DNA of 63,894 bases, counting the filler, from Saprolegnia diclina VS20 (taxonomy: Eukaryota): the NCBI RefSeq assembly GCF_000281045.1. It is 8 parts of 4 records of this genome, joined end to end, with 100 filler letters (N's around TTAATTAATTAA, not from the genome) between each part and the next. Parts side by side here need not be neighbours in the genome. Positions count along the whole stretch, not along the records: positions 22,585 to 36,188 come from NW_008246169.1; positions 36,289 to 45,189 come from NW_008246170.1; 6 more parts are not named here. One strand, given 5' to 3'. Positions 22,585 to 36,939 of this stretch are shown here, piece after piece. The position numbers and the translations under genes were made by a program. Position 1 is the stretch's first letter, and every line of letters starts with the position of its first letter. The notes under the pieces are model-generated. The model saw only the letters and a program-made list of their open reading frames with translations. It was not told the origin of the DNA and made no database searches.

Positions 22585-25500
22585 CTCGGGTGACACTGGT
22601 GTTGTTGCCAAGCTGCTCGCGATGGGGGTGCGCGCCACCGCGACGGACGAGGTGCGGAGGTCGCTCATTGTTGCTGCATACCACGCCGCAGCGTAGACCT
22701 TGCGGACGGCGCTGCACGTGGCGGCCACGCATGGCGAGGAAGCGATGGCCGTGCTCCTACTCGAGAAGAATGCGCTGCTTTGTCGTTGCCGCGATCACGT
22801 TCGTGCTGCTTGTGTGGGATTGGAGTATGCATTTGCCAGCGTAGAAGGGAAATCTACCGCTGCACAACGCAGCGGCCAACGGCCATATCGCTCTTCTCGA
22901 CCACCTCGTGGCCCCTACCGCCGCTCGGACGATTGACGAAGCGAATGATGTGGACACTTGAGCACCCTGTAGCGGCCGCTGAGTGCATACGTGTAGGACG
23001 GATGGACGCCCGTCGCCCTCGCCGTTCAAAGTGGTCACACGAACGTCGTTGCGCGCTTGCTCCACCATGGGGCCTCGCTCGAGCACAAGAGGCTCGTACG
23101 TGCTGACGAAAGAGCATCCGTTCGTAGGTGCGATACGTTGCTATGTGTAGCAGGACGGCACGCTCCTGCATGTGGCCACGTCGCGTCGCGTGGGCACCGA
23201 TCTTCTCAAGCACCTCGTCACGAGCGGCAGCAAGGTCGAGGCTTGCGACACGGTAGAAGCGCTCAACGTCCCACTACACCGTACCGATGAGCGACTGTGT
23301 GTAGCGGGGCTGGACGCCGCTGCATGTTGCAGCCCACGAGGGCCACATCCAAGCTGTCGAGTACCTCGTGCGAGTCGGTGCCAACGTGGTGGCCGAAACC
23401 TTGGTACCGCTTGCCCCGTCCTTTGTCCATGATAGTGAGATACCTGTAGGACCGTGAGACGCCCTTGCAAATCGCAAACGACAAGAAAGTCGTCAAGGCC
23501 TTGCGCACGGCCCAAGCCGACGCGCGGAACCAAGCGATCAAGGCCGAAGCCGACGCGCGGAACCGAGCGCTCGCGCGCGCACAGGAAGCCGCTGCCCAGG
23601 TAGATTGCATGCCATTGCTACAACGTGATAGCAAGCTCCGTGATGTACAGGCAAAAGCGTTGTGCGATGCCGTTCCCAAAAATGATGTCGGTGCGGTCAC
23701 GGACCTGCTTGCTGCTGGCGTCGACCCGAGTGGGCTCACCGTGGTACAATCTCTCTGCCGTGCCTTGGTTGTCGCACAGGGCGTCGTCGTAGGAGGGTGT
23801 GGCGCTGCCTGTCGTGGCCATGCGTCTCGGTCACTGGGAAATCTGCGACCGGTTGCTGGCCGTCTCGGTTGTCACGAGCGATGCGGCCCGCGTACGCATG
23901 CTGCACTCGCTCGCGCTCGAGCTGGAGCAATTTGAGGCGGCGTGGCACATTCTGCAAGCCTACGCTGACGTCCTCGCGTGCGACAAGGTACTCACGTCGG
24001 CTCGATCGTGTTGTCCCACGACGATGGCTAGCACGTCTTGGCTGAAGACGATACCCCGGTGCATGATCTGCAGGCCATGTGGACTGGCGCCGCGCTGCGC
24101 ACGGCCGCTCGCAAGGGCCAAATCGACGTTGCCAAACGTCTTCTCTCGCAGTTTCAAGGCATTGTTGATGCGACCAACGAGGTAACACTTGCCGTTGCAC
24201 TCTTGTGGGCTCATGTCGATTTTGTGTCGCTAGCGTGGCGAGACGCCGCTGTATGTGGCGATCGACCCGACCAACGAGTCTAGTGACGTGGCTGCGCGCA
24301 CTGCGATGGCAACACTGCTACTGGGCGACGGCGCGAACCCTCTGGCTATCACTACGGTTTGGGCGCTTGCACGTGATATGACGGAATGAATTCGCGTTGG
24401 TGTAGGCGGGTGTGACGCCCTTGCTCTTGGCGGCTCGCAGTGGCAACTCGGATATCACTGCAGGGATCGTCAAAGCAGTGCTCGCACAGCCATCGCCCGA
24501 CATGGCGGCGCTCAGCACTTGCTTCGCCGAGGCCGTTGGGCAGCGGGACATGCGAGTTGCGACTGTGCTTTTGCCTCATATGACGACCGACGATTGGACA
24601 TCGACACTCGCATCGGATCCCATAGTAGCACACACGCTGCTTTTCGTCGAGCGGTAGACTTATGATGGACTATAGGGCATGGCGATCCTCGCAGCAACCG
24701 CCGGCCATCTGGGCATACTCGAACACTTGCAAGAAAAACACTACGATCTCTTCTGGGTCGCTCATGTATGAACTCGCTCGTCCGCACGTGTGGATGGTAT
24801 CGAGTGCGTAGGGGGCGGAGGGTTCGACGTTGCTCATGCTGGCGGCCGCAAAAGGCCACGCGAAACTCGTCGACCACCTCGTCCCCTTGCTGCTACCATC
24901 ATTCGAGCCGATCGACAAGGCACGGGACGCGCTGCAAGCTCGTGAAAAGGAGCTCGAGGCGGCCAGAGACCATGTGTGTCTGCGCAACACGGTACGCTGC
25001 TTGCTATGCGCGATTCGACAAAGTACATATCCTATGTAGGCTGGACAAACAGCCAAAGATTTGGCGACCGGCGCTGTCTTGACAGAGTTTTTGGAGAACA
25101 TTGCAGCGGAGCTCGAGCTTGTTCGACAACTCATTCAGGTGTCAACGATGCGAATGGAACGAGCGCTCATGCTTGATGGCATTAGGAAGCACGGCTCGTC
25201 GAAGCTGTCGACGCCCACGACTGGCTGCTTGTCATGACGCTGCTGAACCAAGGGGTTGCTGTCACGGATGCCTGTGTCGTGGTGTGTCAATCCGCAATCA
25301 TCTCGACATGGACTGGCACTTGACGACGATATGTGTGGTTGTAGGAGACGATATGGCGTGCGGCTGTCGGCGCAAACGACAAGGAATTGATCACGACGCT
25401 CTTTCGCGCAACGGGCATTGACGCGTCGCTGCGTAAAGAGGTATCACTCTCTCGAGTCGCAGAGGTGGTATCACTCTGTGTAGGCTGGTCGAGCGGCACT

Positions 25501-27275
25501 GAAAGAGACGATGAACAAAGAAACACACAACTGGACAATGGTGTCGAGCATCCTGCAGGCCTTTGCCGCGACCAACGGCGGGGTCGCCCCCGAGGTTTGC
25601 ACATTGTGTGGCGAAGTTGTTGACGCAGACTACGAGTAGGCGCTTTTGCCATGGCACATTGCCGCCGAGTGCGCGTCGTCCGCAGTGCTCGGTATGATGT
25701 TTTTTCCGCTGGGCCACTGCATCAACAGCACGGACGCGGTATGAACCTTATCGAATGTACTTGGATGGGACGACTGGCGTAGGACGGCTTGACGCCCGTG
25801 GCCGTTGCGATCCAAACCAACCGACGAGACGCTGTTGACATGCTTGTCAGCTGCGACGCCGACATCTCCATTGCACCGCCGGTAGCAACAATGCCTGGCT
25901 ATGGTTGTACGATTCAAAATTTGGTATAGAATATCGACCCGCCACTGCACATGGCGCTGTTGCTACCCGACAGCTCAGACATTCTACGCATGGTGCTGAG
26001 CGACGACGTCAACGGGCTGGACGTCGAGCAGCGCAACACGGTGCGCTTTGTGCCCCTTCATCGACACCATTCTCAACCTCTTGAAGGCCAACTATACGGC
26101 GCTCATGCGTGCGGTCGTCGATGGCCGTGAGGAAGCAGTCGAGCTACTGCTTGAAGCAGACGCCAACGTCATGCTATCGCTACCGGTAGAATAAGTGGAT
26201 ATGGTTTCCTTGTGCGACCGAGTGCGTAGGACAATGGACCGACGATCTTGGCGGCCGCAGCGCAACGCCCGAACCGAGCGATTACGACATTAATGGACGA
26301 CAAGGTCTATGAGGTCCTCAGCAAGGTGGCTCGTGCGGATAAGACGAGTCCAACCTCACATGGTGCTTAGGAATTGCCTGCGGACATTGTCTTTGATGAC
26401 CTGCAACTGGGCGAGAGTCTTGGTGTTGGTACGTATGGTACGGTCTACCGCGCCACGTGCAAGCAGAGATATGTTGCAGTCAAGACGTGCAACTCGACCC
26501 GTCGGTGCGACATCACGACCTTTCGCGAAGAGATCGAAATCACACGCCAGTACGAGTATTGCGACCATCAGCTACATGTTAGGAAATGCGCTGTAGACTG
26601 CGCTCGCCGTACCTCGTGCGGCTGCTGACGGCGGTCGACGATGCGAATGGCAAGCCGCACATGGTGCTCGAGCTCATGGACGCTGGCGATCTGTGCAAAT
26701 ACATCGAGAACAAGCGCCTCGGGACATTTGTGACGAAGGATTTCCCTGTCGTGCAAGTGGCGTGGGCAGTTGCCAACGCACTGGCCGATATCCACGCCGC
26801 CGAGTGCATCCACCGCGACGTCAAGAGCAAAAACGTCTTCCTCTGCACGACGAACGGCGTCAAGCTCGGCGACTTTGGCACGCTCCGATCCGTTGATGAG
26901 ACGATGACCAACAACGTCGGGACGCCGCAGACGATGGCGCCCGAAGTCACGCGTCAGGGTGTCGAAGAAGTATGCGCGTATGATACGTCGGCAGACATGT
27001 ACTCGTTTGGCGTCGTCTTGGCCGAGCTCTCGTGGATCCGCACACCGTACGACAACAACCTACACGGTACCAAGGACCCGGAGGGAAGTGGGAACGTCTC
27101 CCCAACCATCCAGCCCCACTGCGCCATGTGGTTTAAGACGCTGGCCTCTCAGTGCTTGGCGGTGGACCCGGCGGAGCGCCCGTCTGCAGCCCACGTCGTT
27201 GAGATGCTGGCCAGCCATCTCGAGGACGACGACGATCATGTCGCGCCCACGCCACCGCCCGAGCCGACGCCGTAG
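22585..27275 (+). CDS. Multi-exon ankyrin-repeat + TKL protein kinase (5' end in gap; might be more than one gene)
   Basis: Many ~99-105 nt ankyrin exons (TALHVAA, PLHNAA, TPLLLAA); kinase GVGTYG, VAVK, HRDVKSKN, DFG, MAPE, DMYSFG; stop at 27275. Confidence 0.8.
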
Positions 27276-27663
27276 CGAGGCCTTGTATAGGATTCGTCAA
27301 GGCAGAAAGATGCAGTTGTTTCCTTGTTGGGTCATGTAGCGCGAGGGTCGTTGGTCGTGGCGAAGGGCTGGTGAGGGGTGAGCACGTTGCCACATTTTGT
27401 GTCAGAGCGTATGTTGCAATCGATGGCCCGAGAACCGAGTTGTTTCCTCGTATACCGAGATGCCTGTAGCACAAGTACGCGTTTGAATCGAGGCCGGGCA
27501 CCTACCTGGTCGTGTTGTAAGGTGACTGCTATAACGATAGCCGGTGACAGTGGCGTTGTTTATGATGCGTGGTGTACGTTGGCCAATCATTTGCTGAGAT
27601 GGTTGCATGGAATTCGAGAAGGCGATTGTGGCTGGCATAGGAAAAGACGACAAGCACAAGACC

Positions 27664-28240
27664 ATGAGCAGAGGTAGAGGACGATGAAGAAGCGACAGGG
27701 GACAGCGCTGTATGTGGCGATGCAGAAGAAGCTCCAACAAGCTGCAGATGGAGGTCGACTGGCCGATGTGAAGCGCCTCGTGGAACAAGAGGCACCACTC
27801 CCAACTGCGACAATGGCGTACGTTCTTCTCTTGTATGTTTGGTTGTAGAAGTGTATGGGTTTGGCCGTAGTGCTTTGCTCGCGGCTGCTTGGAGTGCTCG
27901 AACGGACGTTGTCCACTACTTGCTTCAAAAGAAGAGCATGTCAACGGAACGTTGTGATTCGACTGAGCTTCGTGGTTCTGTGCGTATACGATCTACGTGG
28001 CAGTCGTATGTACAGCATCAGACAGTGATGATCGAGACCGCGGAAACGATGATGCCCGCGACGACGGAGATGACGACAGATGGGGAGGCCAAGACGAGTG
28101 GCAGTGGTGTGGTTGAGCAATTGACGTAGCTCACATGGGTCCTTGAACACAAAACCAGCGGCAATAAGGTACCTTCTAAAGTATGCTTGGTTGTCGTCTC
28201 ACGTACACATTTCCCTAGGCGGTGTGAGGTTACGAGTTAC
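27664..28240 (+). pseudogene. Internally deleted ankyrin gene paralog of the 32459 gene
   Basis: 27664-27930 aligns with 32459-32760 (GGRLxDVKRLVE exon) and 28088-28240 with 33910-34060; frameshifts. Confidence 0.65.
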
Positions 28241-28482
28241 AAGCTGGTCAAGCGAATATACTTGTCGTGTTGGACTCGCCAAAATGGTGCGTGGTTGCAA
28301 CAGCCTTTCCAGACAAGTGGATGCATCGATAGTATTCTGCAGCGATTTTCAAAGGCATACTTGCTTGCGAGTATGAGCAAACAATATCGCACCTCATTGT
28401 CTCTGCACTATACCCTACAACAAGAGAGTCTCTCACACTAGGTCCAATTCATTCTCAGACGAAGAGCATTTGCTGCTGTAGT

Positions 28483-28610
28483 CGTCAGATCCGCGCAGCA
28501 GACTCCCCAAAATGTCGTTTACCTCTGTGCCAACTTGGCGCGAATTCGTTTCAAACTTGATTGGCGGTCCATCGCCTCCTGTGGAGAAGCATCGCCTGTG
28601 ATGGGCCAAG
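28483..28610 (-). repeat. Dispersed repeat copy B
   Basis: Reverse complement matches 17791-17946 with a deletion. Confidence 0.8.
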
Positions 28611-29321
28611 CAATGACTACCTGGAGACGCGGCACCCCAATCTCCCATTGGTGCCCTAGCCGCAAATATGACCAGATTCGTGGTCGACGCTCTCAGTCCA
28701 CGCGCCGATCGTCACCACCAGTGCATCTCTCGCAACAAGCACATGTCTTCCCTTTCGACTACCAAGTGTATGCATCGCTACGACGAACCCATCCTGCGCA
28801 CGAGTTCACAGCCGGGCGTGGCACTCGCCTATAGCATGCAATAAGATCCTATGAGTTCTGCTGATAGCAGACTGTCCTCCTTGTGCAACCGTTATGGTCG
28901 CGCCGCAACTCGATCACACGCGCGGCCACCAAGACCAGCTGTTACAAAAGTTTCAATGTTTCGAGGATACACATGCCACGGTCGCCTTGTTCAATGTACT
29001 GTACAAGAGCAAGAAACGAGTCCTATCGAGCGACGATCGCGTCGCATGGGTCATCGCTGGCAAAGATGATATCCCAATATGCGACTTGAATGCATGTAAA
29101 TGTCGATAGCTTTTTGCCTACCAGTATTGTTTGCATGGGGTATCCCCGAAGACAATTGAAACAGGCTCCATCGATTTCTAATGTGTCCTTGGTAGTGTTT
29201 GAATGTGGCTGCGGCAGAACGACGACTTGCCTCGGGCCAGCGCTGGTCTTTGAAAAAACGCGTTCAACCCAATGCAACCGATCACGTTTTATTCGGCTTT
29301 TGTGGGTTTCCGACCGGGCGA

Positions 29322-30650
29322 CATGTCGACTGCTGGTAGCGTCTCCTACTCGACCGACGTGCATGCGACGCCCGTGGTCCCGAGTCTTGTGGCTGCGACC
29401 AAGGTCTACAGCCGCGTGATCCATGCGCGCAAGGCGAGACGTCCGAGGGCAACTGGCACACGTCGATGGGCCGTTCGATCGTCTTGGACGCGGTCAAGAC
29501 GCTCTACGATGCGATCCTACCTCTCGTTCGACGCATTGCACCGGCCATCGACCTCATCGTCGATACGACAGTGCTTGGCGCGACTCGAGCTTGCGCTAGA
29601 TTCACAACGACATGGCCATCTCGACCGGCTAGACGTGAGACGAGTAGCAGCACAAGGACGATGATACCGACGACGAGCGCCCGACCGAGTGTGATGCGTT
29701 GGTGGCTGGACAGCCCACATGGTGGCGAGGTAGGCCATCGACTCGCGCCGGCTTGTCGGCCTCGTCGAGCAGCAGCGCCCTCGTGCACAAGCTACTCGAT
29801 ACAGGTACGCGACGCCGCGTCGTCCAGCCATCGGATGTTTTTTCTCTGTGACGGCGACAACAATGCGACCGCCATCGTGACGCGGGACCCCGACTGCCTT
29901 GACCGCCTGGTTCATACGGTTGGCGACCTCAGCTTACTGCGGTGGACGCAGCCAGCCGTCACGGACGGTGTTGCCAAGGTGACGTCACGACTGCCGTCCG
30001 TTTCGGTCCCCGTGTCTATGGCAACTACGCCGAAAAGTACGTCGGCGGCGGCGGGGCTGATGCCCGATCAAGTGCTCGCTGCCACGGAAGGTTGCCGCGC
30101 AGCAGTGACTCGATTCGCATGTCGAGGCGTGTCCGCTCGCGTGTACTCGTAATAGATCGGCTTACGTTGCTAGTGCCACTACGTGTCGTACAGTCAGTCG
30201 TAGTCCCGCGCGCGTGACAGACCCGTGGCTGCCGTCCGAGCGTCCGAGCGCACTACTGTTTTGGCCCGCCGTCGGACGCTGTGATGCTCGATCGATGACG
30301 TCAGGGACCATGTCGTGACGCATTTCCGGACGCACATGCTTGCGATGACGTGGAAAGGCGAGAGCGACGGCGCCGCCGATGTCATTGCATGTACCACCGC
30401 GTCCGAACAAGGACTCGGCCGTCCACTGCGTCCTCAACGCCTTCGCCCACCACCCCGACGTCACGTGGCAGTCTCAGCCACTCGGGCTCTGTGCCACGTC
30501 AAGCCGGCGACGCCGCTCGTTGTGCCGCCGGTCGTCGCGTCGCAGGGAGTCCTCACGCCGTCGATGCCATCGTCGCTGCCGCGATGCTGGAGCCTCGCAC
30601 CTCGGGTTGTTTTCCTAGGGGCGAAATGGCCACGCGTGCGGTGATCGACC
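29322..30650 (+). pseudogene. Coding-like GC-rich stretch broken by frameshifts; family not recognised
   Basis: Protein-like segments in shifting frames; no identifiable motif. Confidence 0.3.
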
Positions 30651-31308
30651 GAGAGTAAAACACAGCACGCGTCATCGCACCGACGACATCCTTCCGTCGA
30701 CTAGTAACACCGAATAATTGCATTCGGTGTAATAGTACTGTACGTTTTCTTCTTACAGGATTCGCGATGCGACGATACAGGGTAGCCGCCGAGAAGAGTG
30801 GACACGTTGAAAGCGACGGCTTTGCCACGGTGCCACATACCCAACATAAAATACAATGAAAATATATCAATGCCCGTCGCTGCCGATCGAGTCGATGTTG
30901 TACATGTTTTTCAAGTTTAGTAAGGCAAGCGACAATAGTCGCTTGGATGGGCGCGCGGACCCAGTGCGTCCCACATAAAAGTCATCGACATCGTCTGCTA
31001 GCTCCTCGACAAATGGGACGTTGTCAACTCGCACCCGAAGATCGCACGATTGACATCTTTCCAAGTGGCAAAGCTACGAGCTCTGGGAGCACCTCCAACC
31101 CATCGGAGAGGCGCATCGAGATGGTCAGCGCCGAGAACGGCGGCATATGCAGCGCACTAACTAGAACGCAGGTGTCCTGAGACCACTTCAAGCGCTTCTT
31201 TGTGATGTGTCTGGGGCCAAACGATGTCCCCGAGTGCCACGTCGTATTACCCGTGTGATTTGCATTGTCCGGATCCGGATATCATGATCCCCGTTGCACG
31301 CCCGACTG

Positions 31309-31583
31309 ACGCCAACGCCACAGAGTCGTATACGACGCTCGTCGATAGAGTTCCGAGGCCGACACGCCGCGTCCAACGATATTTTGCTCGCTACGACAGG
31401 ACCGCCGGTGACGACAACGACGTCATCCTCGCATTCGTTCACACGTCAACTACCAGCATCTCTGGCGGCAAGCACATGCCACCTACGAACCAAAGTTGCA
31501 TTGCACAATGGTACCTCGACCTGCCTGCGACGAGCAACCGCGTCTCGCCAACGGCTCTGGACGAAGCTACCAACGTCGCCGTC
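31309..31583 (+). repeat. 275-bp recent duplication, copy 1
   Basis: Near-identical to 35914-36188 (two differences seen); diverged third copy near 34728-34870. Confidence 0.9.
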
Positions 31584-31705
31584 ACAGTGCATCAGCATGA
31601 TGCATCTCGTCATGCAGTGCTCAGCCTCGTTACGCTCGCCACAATGGCAATCGTCGACACGAACGGTTGTTCTAGACAGCTCGCAGCGGTGCCGCAACCA
31701 AGGGC

Positions 31706-31975
31706 GTGATGACGACATATATACCCTTGGCTACGTGGGCAGTCGCCAACGCATTTGCCGAGGTCTACGCCAAGAACAAGAGCTGCAACAAGTCTTTCTC
31801 AGAACCACGCACGTGTGCGTCAAGCTCGGCAACTTTGGCGCGGTGGGTCCACGGGCTCATGACGGACGATGCCGGCTCGATGATCCGGATGGCGCCCGAG
31901 GTCATGCGCCGTGGCTGCGCGACCTCGCCGATCAATGCTTGGCGTTGGAGCCAAGTGAGCGCCCGCGGCATACGA
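31706..31975 (+). pseudogene. Decayed TKL kinase fragment
   Basis: WAVANAFAE, VKLGNFG, MAPEV, WLRDLADQCLALEPSERP in different frames; parallels 26750-27190. Confidence 0.75.
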
Positions 31976-32458
31976 GATTGCCGCCTTCGCAACGCCTCTC
32001 GACGACTCGGCACGAGAGCCGGCTCCGGAAGTCTCAGTCAACCGATGCCATCACAAGAAGTGTGGTCAGCGGAGCGTTTTTGCGTCGCGTGCGACGCTCG
32101 AGAGACTAGAGTCGGTGGTGTTGTGTTCGTGGCGGATGATGAACGAACGGCAGAGCGTCAGTGTTGGAGAGGTTTAGTGTTGCGGCGAGCAGACCACGAC
32201 GTCGGAAGATCGCAATGTCGAGGGTGATTGAAGAATAGACCTCCTTGCACGCACGTACTTGTACACGAACGCTGCAATAGCGACCATGTTGCTACGAGCT
32301 GCCATTGAGCTCCAATGTCACAACCGAGCGACAGGGGACGTGGCTATGATTGGTGTGTATTTTGGCCAATCCCATGCGAGATTTGGAAATGACGGCATGT
32401 GATTGGAAGGGGCGTTTTATTTGCATTTTCGTTTTGGACGTTGACGGCCGCAAGGACC

Positions 32459-33806
32459 ATGAGCGACAAGGAGGTACGTGGGCGAAGAGATGAAGAAGGA
32501 AGCGACCGACTGCGTCTGTGATTACATAGGAGGAGCTCAGAGTGGCTGCAAGTGGCGGTCGACTGGACGACGTGAAGCGGCTCGTGGAGAAGGAAGGCGT
32601 CAACCCCAACTACAACAATGGTGTACGTCGTCTTCTCTATCGATAGATTTGTAGATTTGTATGAATTTGGTCGTAGAGAGCATTGTGCTTTGCTGCTTGC
32701 AATGGTCACACGACCGTCGTCGACTACTTGCTGAAGAAGAACGTCTCGACGGAAGGTCGCTATGTACGTCGATCGATATTTCTATCATCTTTTGATTGCA
32801 ATTGAAATTCAACGATCGGTAGGGTGGAGATACACCTCTGATCGACGCTGCTCAATGCAATCATCTCGAAGTTGTGCGTCTCCTCTTGGACGCCAACGCC
32901 GATCTCAACGCCAAAAACAACGTACGTAGTCTCTCCATCCTCCTACATCTACAACAAAAGAACGTAGGACGACAAGACAGCGCTCGATCTTGCGGCTGAA
33001 AAGAAACACAATGACGTGGCGCAGCTCTTGCGCGACCATGCCCAACGCAAACTCACCAAAACCAAGGTACATATTGACACGTTGGACCTTGTCGACGTGT
33101 AGTATGGTGTTCCTGATTAGCTGCTTGCAGCGCTGCACGAAACACGCATCCAAGATGCCATCACCCTCATCAAGTCAACCACGGTGGACGTGAATCTGCG
33201 GGATGGCGTACGTCGACTCCATCGCGAGCTACGTACTAAGCATCCTATTCTTGTAGAATTATGTCCCACTGCTGCAGTTGGTGGTCGACACGGGGGACAT
33301 GGCGCTCCTACAAACCCTCCTGTCCAAGCCCAACCTCGACGTCAACGCCACCGACAAGGTACACTTCTTCATTGAAGACATATTATATTTCACACAACGT
33401 ACTGTCGTAGGAAGAGCGCACGGCGCTGACACGTGCGATCGCCAAGAGCAACGTTGCAGCGGTTTTTGCCCTGCTAAAAGTCAACCCTCTCATCCGCTTG
33501 GTTGACAATGAGGTACTGTCGTCAGTGGCTTCTGTACCACCGCAACATCGTTGCTTAGGGTCTCGTGATTGAAACCGACGTCTTGGGATCACTGCTGCTC
33601 CACGCCGCATCGACCAACGACGCAAGCAATGTCGACAACCTGCTCCGCGCCGGAGTTCGTCCATCCACCATCAATAAGGTACGACGTTCGTCTTTTGGAG
33701 AACGCTCGACGCAATCTCTGCTTCGATAGGACGGAGCCACCGCACTGCACGTGGCTGCTGCTAACGGCTACGACACCATCGCCGCGCTGCTGCTGGCAAA
33801 GGACCC
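32459..33806 (+). CDS. Multi-exon ankyrin-repeat protein (3' part in gap)
   Basis: Micro-exon MSDKE then exons EELRVAASGGRLDDVKRLV, GGDTPLIDAA, DKTALDLAA, ATALHVAAANG. Confidence 0.75.
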
Positions 33807-35646
33807 NNNNNNNNNNNNNNNNNNNNNNNNNNNNNNNNNNNNNNNNNNNNNNNNNNNNNNNNNNNNNNNNNNNNNNNNNNNNNNNNNNNNNNNNNNNNNN
33901 NNNNNNCAAGCCAAGTGATAGTGGTTTGGTTGCGCAAGGAACGCGCCTCGAATCGATCCGTGAGCACAGCACCAACGGCAGCGAGGTACCTTTGTCCTTA
34001 TACATTTGTGTTGGTTGTCATCACACGGGCATCTTTGCCTAGGCGGCGTGAGGCACAAGTTGATACATTGATATAGTGTTTTGCAGCCTCAACATGTGCA
34101 GTTGGTTTTGGTGTTGGCAATCAATATCAACGTCGTCTCTTGACCCAACTACAGACTAGCGAGAGAGATGACCGTCGCTCGCATCCGTGTCGCCAACCCA
34201 TCGACGCTCCGCACACTGCCACGTATTTCATCGGCATGTGCCGTATTTAGCGGGTTCATTCGGCATGCGATGCCGAAAACGGATATTTAATTCGGCGTTT
34301 AATGCCGAATCCAGGGCGATGCCAACCCCGGTGAGATCCGAAATGTATCCTAGGATAAGGCAGGTGGCCTTGTTCTAGGTTCGAGGACGACCGTTTACTC
34401 TGTATTTGTATCAGATCACACCGCCCACCGGGAAAAAGTCCGAATTTGAATTATATAAAGGTATCCTTGCGATTGGTATGGTTGTGGTGAAAACAATCAA
34501 TAATCCTATAATCCTTGCCGGAGCCAACTTCAATCCCCAATTTCGGCAAGGTCGACGTGACCGACCAGGACGCAAACCATGAGGCCTGCGCCTCGCCGCC
34601 AGGTCAAGGACCGCGAGACGCGCCGTCGCGCCCTCGACCGCGCCACGGACGACACGCGCCAGAAGGCGTTGTAGGTCTTGACCTGGGACCTTCGACCTTG
34701 GCTCGCCATCGGCGCTCGACAATGCATCGGACGAAGCGACCAACGTCGTCGTCTCGGTGCATCGACTTTATACATCTCTTCGTGGGATGCTAGGCCTCGT
34801 CACGCTTGTCACGATGGCAGTCGTCGGTAAGAACGGTGGCTCTTGACAGCCCGCTGCCGCGCCGCAATGACTGTGCGGGACGACGATTAAGTGGTGTCAT
34901 CGGTGCGTGTGTTTTGATGTCTAGCGTAGATGACCATCGACCACGACTGCGTCGAGAGCTGGAGCTGGCCATTGGCGCCGGCGGAGAGGCGCTGCAGTCG
35001 AGATGGTGCCTTGCGCATTGAGGCAGCTGCGGTGCACATATTGGCGCACGTCACTCGCCAACAATTGCTGTTTTATTCCAACATGAATCAGCTAGATATT
35101 CAACGCGAGCCAATACATGGCGCTTTGAGCCTTCATAATTCTAGACAGACTTGTCCTTGGCCACTGAAATGGTCCCAGCGTTCTGGCTCCGCGCATAGGG
35201 CGTGGTATCGAAAATGCCATTTTATTCAAATCAATTCGTTGAAAAATCACCTTCTATTTGGTTATGGTGGCAGAGCACACGGTAGGATGTCTGGCAATGC
35301 CCTTGTCGCCGTCGGCGCCGAGTCGTGGCGGGACAGAAACTACGTTGTAAGCGGCCGGTGCCAGATGCAGCCACATCGATCAAAACACACTTGAACAAGG
35401 TGCTGCATTTGCTCCGTCGGGCGAGTGGTGGGGTGGCACCATTGGTAGTCCAACCGGCTAACTGATTGTACGGCTGGAGCTTTGTTGCAGCTCAAGCGCG
35501 ACGAGCGCACCACCGAGCGTTGTGGACGCACGCGTTCCCGCCCTTGCAGTTAAGGCTTGGTTTTTCATCGTAGCACATGCCAATAATAACCATATTTCGA
35601 TACTATATATGGCTATACTTGGCGTCTGCCAGTATTAATAACAGAG

Positions 35647-35853
35647 GTGATTTCTCGTGTTGTACGCGTCGTCTGACAATGCGACATAGCGCAACGAACT
35701 CTCCAAAGAGTCTTTTATCTATGTGCCAAGTTGTAGCAAATTAGTTTCAAACTGGATTGGGGCGTCGAACGCGGTCGTTCCCCGAGGAGCGTGGCGAAGC
35801 CAATCGACCGTGATTGGCCAAATATATGAATATTCTGGCCAATGGGATACGCC
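35647..35853 (-). repeat. Dispersed repeat copy C
   Basis: Reverse complement aligns along 17760-17970. Confidence 0.8.
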
Positions 35854-35913
35854 TTGGGAGTCGACCACGGCGGTGCTGTCCCATCGCCATCGGCATGGCC
35901 GTTGCACCGGCTA

Positions 35914-36188
35914 ACGCCAACGCCACAGAGTCGTATACGACGCTCGTCGATAGAGTTCCGAGGCCGACACGCCGCGTCCAACGATATTTTGCTCGCTACG
36001 ACAGGACCGCCGGTGACGACAACGACGTCATCCTCGCATTCGTTCACACGTCAACTACCAGCATCTCTGGCGGCAAGCACACGCCACCTACGAACCAAAG
36101 TTGCATTGCACAATGGTACCTCGACCTGCCTGCGACGAGCAACCGCGTCTCGCCAACGGCTCTGGGCGAAGCTACCAACGTCGCCGTC
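35914..36188 (+). repeat. 275-bp recent duplication, copy 2 (ends at gap)
   Basis: Near-identical to 31309-31583. Confidence 0.9.
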
Positions 36189-36288
36189 NNNNNNNNNNNN
36201 NNNNNNNNNNNNNNNNNNNNNNNNNNNNNNNNTTAATTAATTAANNNNNNNNNNNNNNNNNNNNNNNNNNNNNNNNNNNNNNNNNNNN

Positions 36289-36939
36289 GTGCTGCGTCAC
36301 GTCGTGGTCATCGCACAACGGTGCAAATTCTTCTGGACGCTGGGGCCGACGTCGACAAGTGCGTAAACGCAAGCTTTGTGGACGACGATATCCAGCTATT
36401 GGTACCACAGTGTTCATTGCTCTATGCGTCACTTAGCTTGGCCTAGGGCGGGTCGACCTCTCTCTTTGCGGCGGCTTTGATTGGGCACGAAGAGGTTTGC
36501 CGCATCCTGCTCCGTGCCCGCAAATGTCCACGCGCCGGACAGCGTACCATCTACTCGGTCAGCTGAATCCTTTGCTCACATACCTCATGCATAGAGTGGT
36601 CAAACGGCGCTGACGGCTGCAGCGCGCGGCGGCTACGCGTCGGTCGTGCGACTCTTGCTCGATGCTGGCGCCAGCCTCGATGATCAGCACCAGGTCTCTT
36701 CCCTTCACCCTCTGCGACCGCTACTCATAGGCATTTAGGCGCGGAGCCCGGCAGAAAATTGAGCGGAAATATGAGTGAAATATATTGCCCGTAATTATCT
36801 TTCCCCTTTCCCCGGAGAGCCTTTGCGGGCCAAAAGTACCGGCTCGGGTGTAAATTAGACAATGACGCAGAGACTCGTACTAGCCGTGACTGATGCTGAT
36901 CTGGCCAATGTACAAGCGCTTTTGGACGCCGGTGCCAGT
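36289..36939 (+). pseudogene. Ankyrin-repeat gene fragment between gaps
   Basis: AASRRGH, SGQTALTAAARGGYASVVRLLLDAGA, LVLAVTDADLANVQALLDAGA exons; some frameshifts. Confidence 0.65.
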
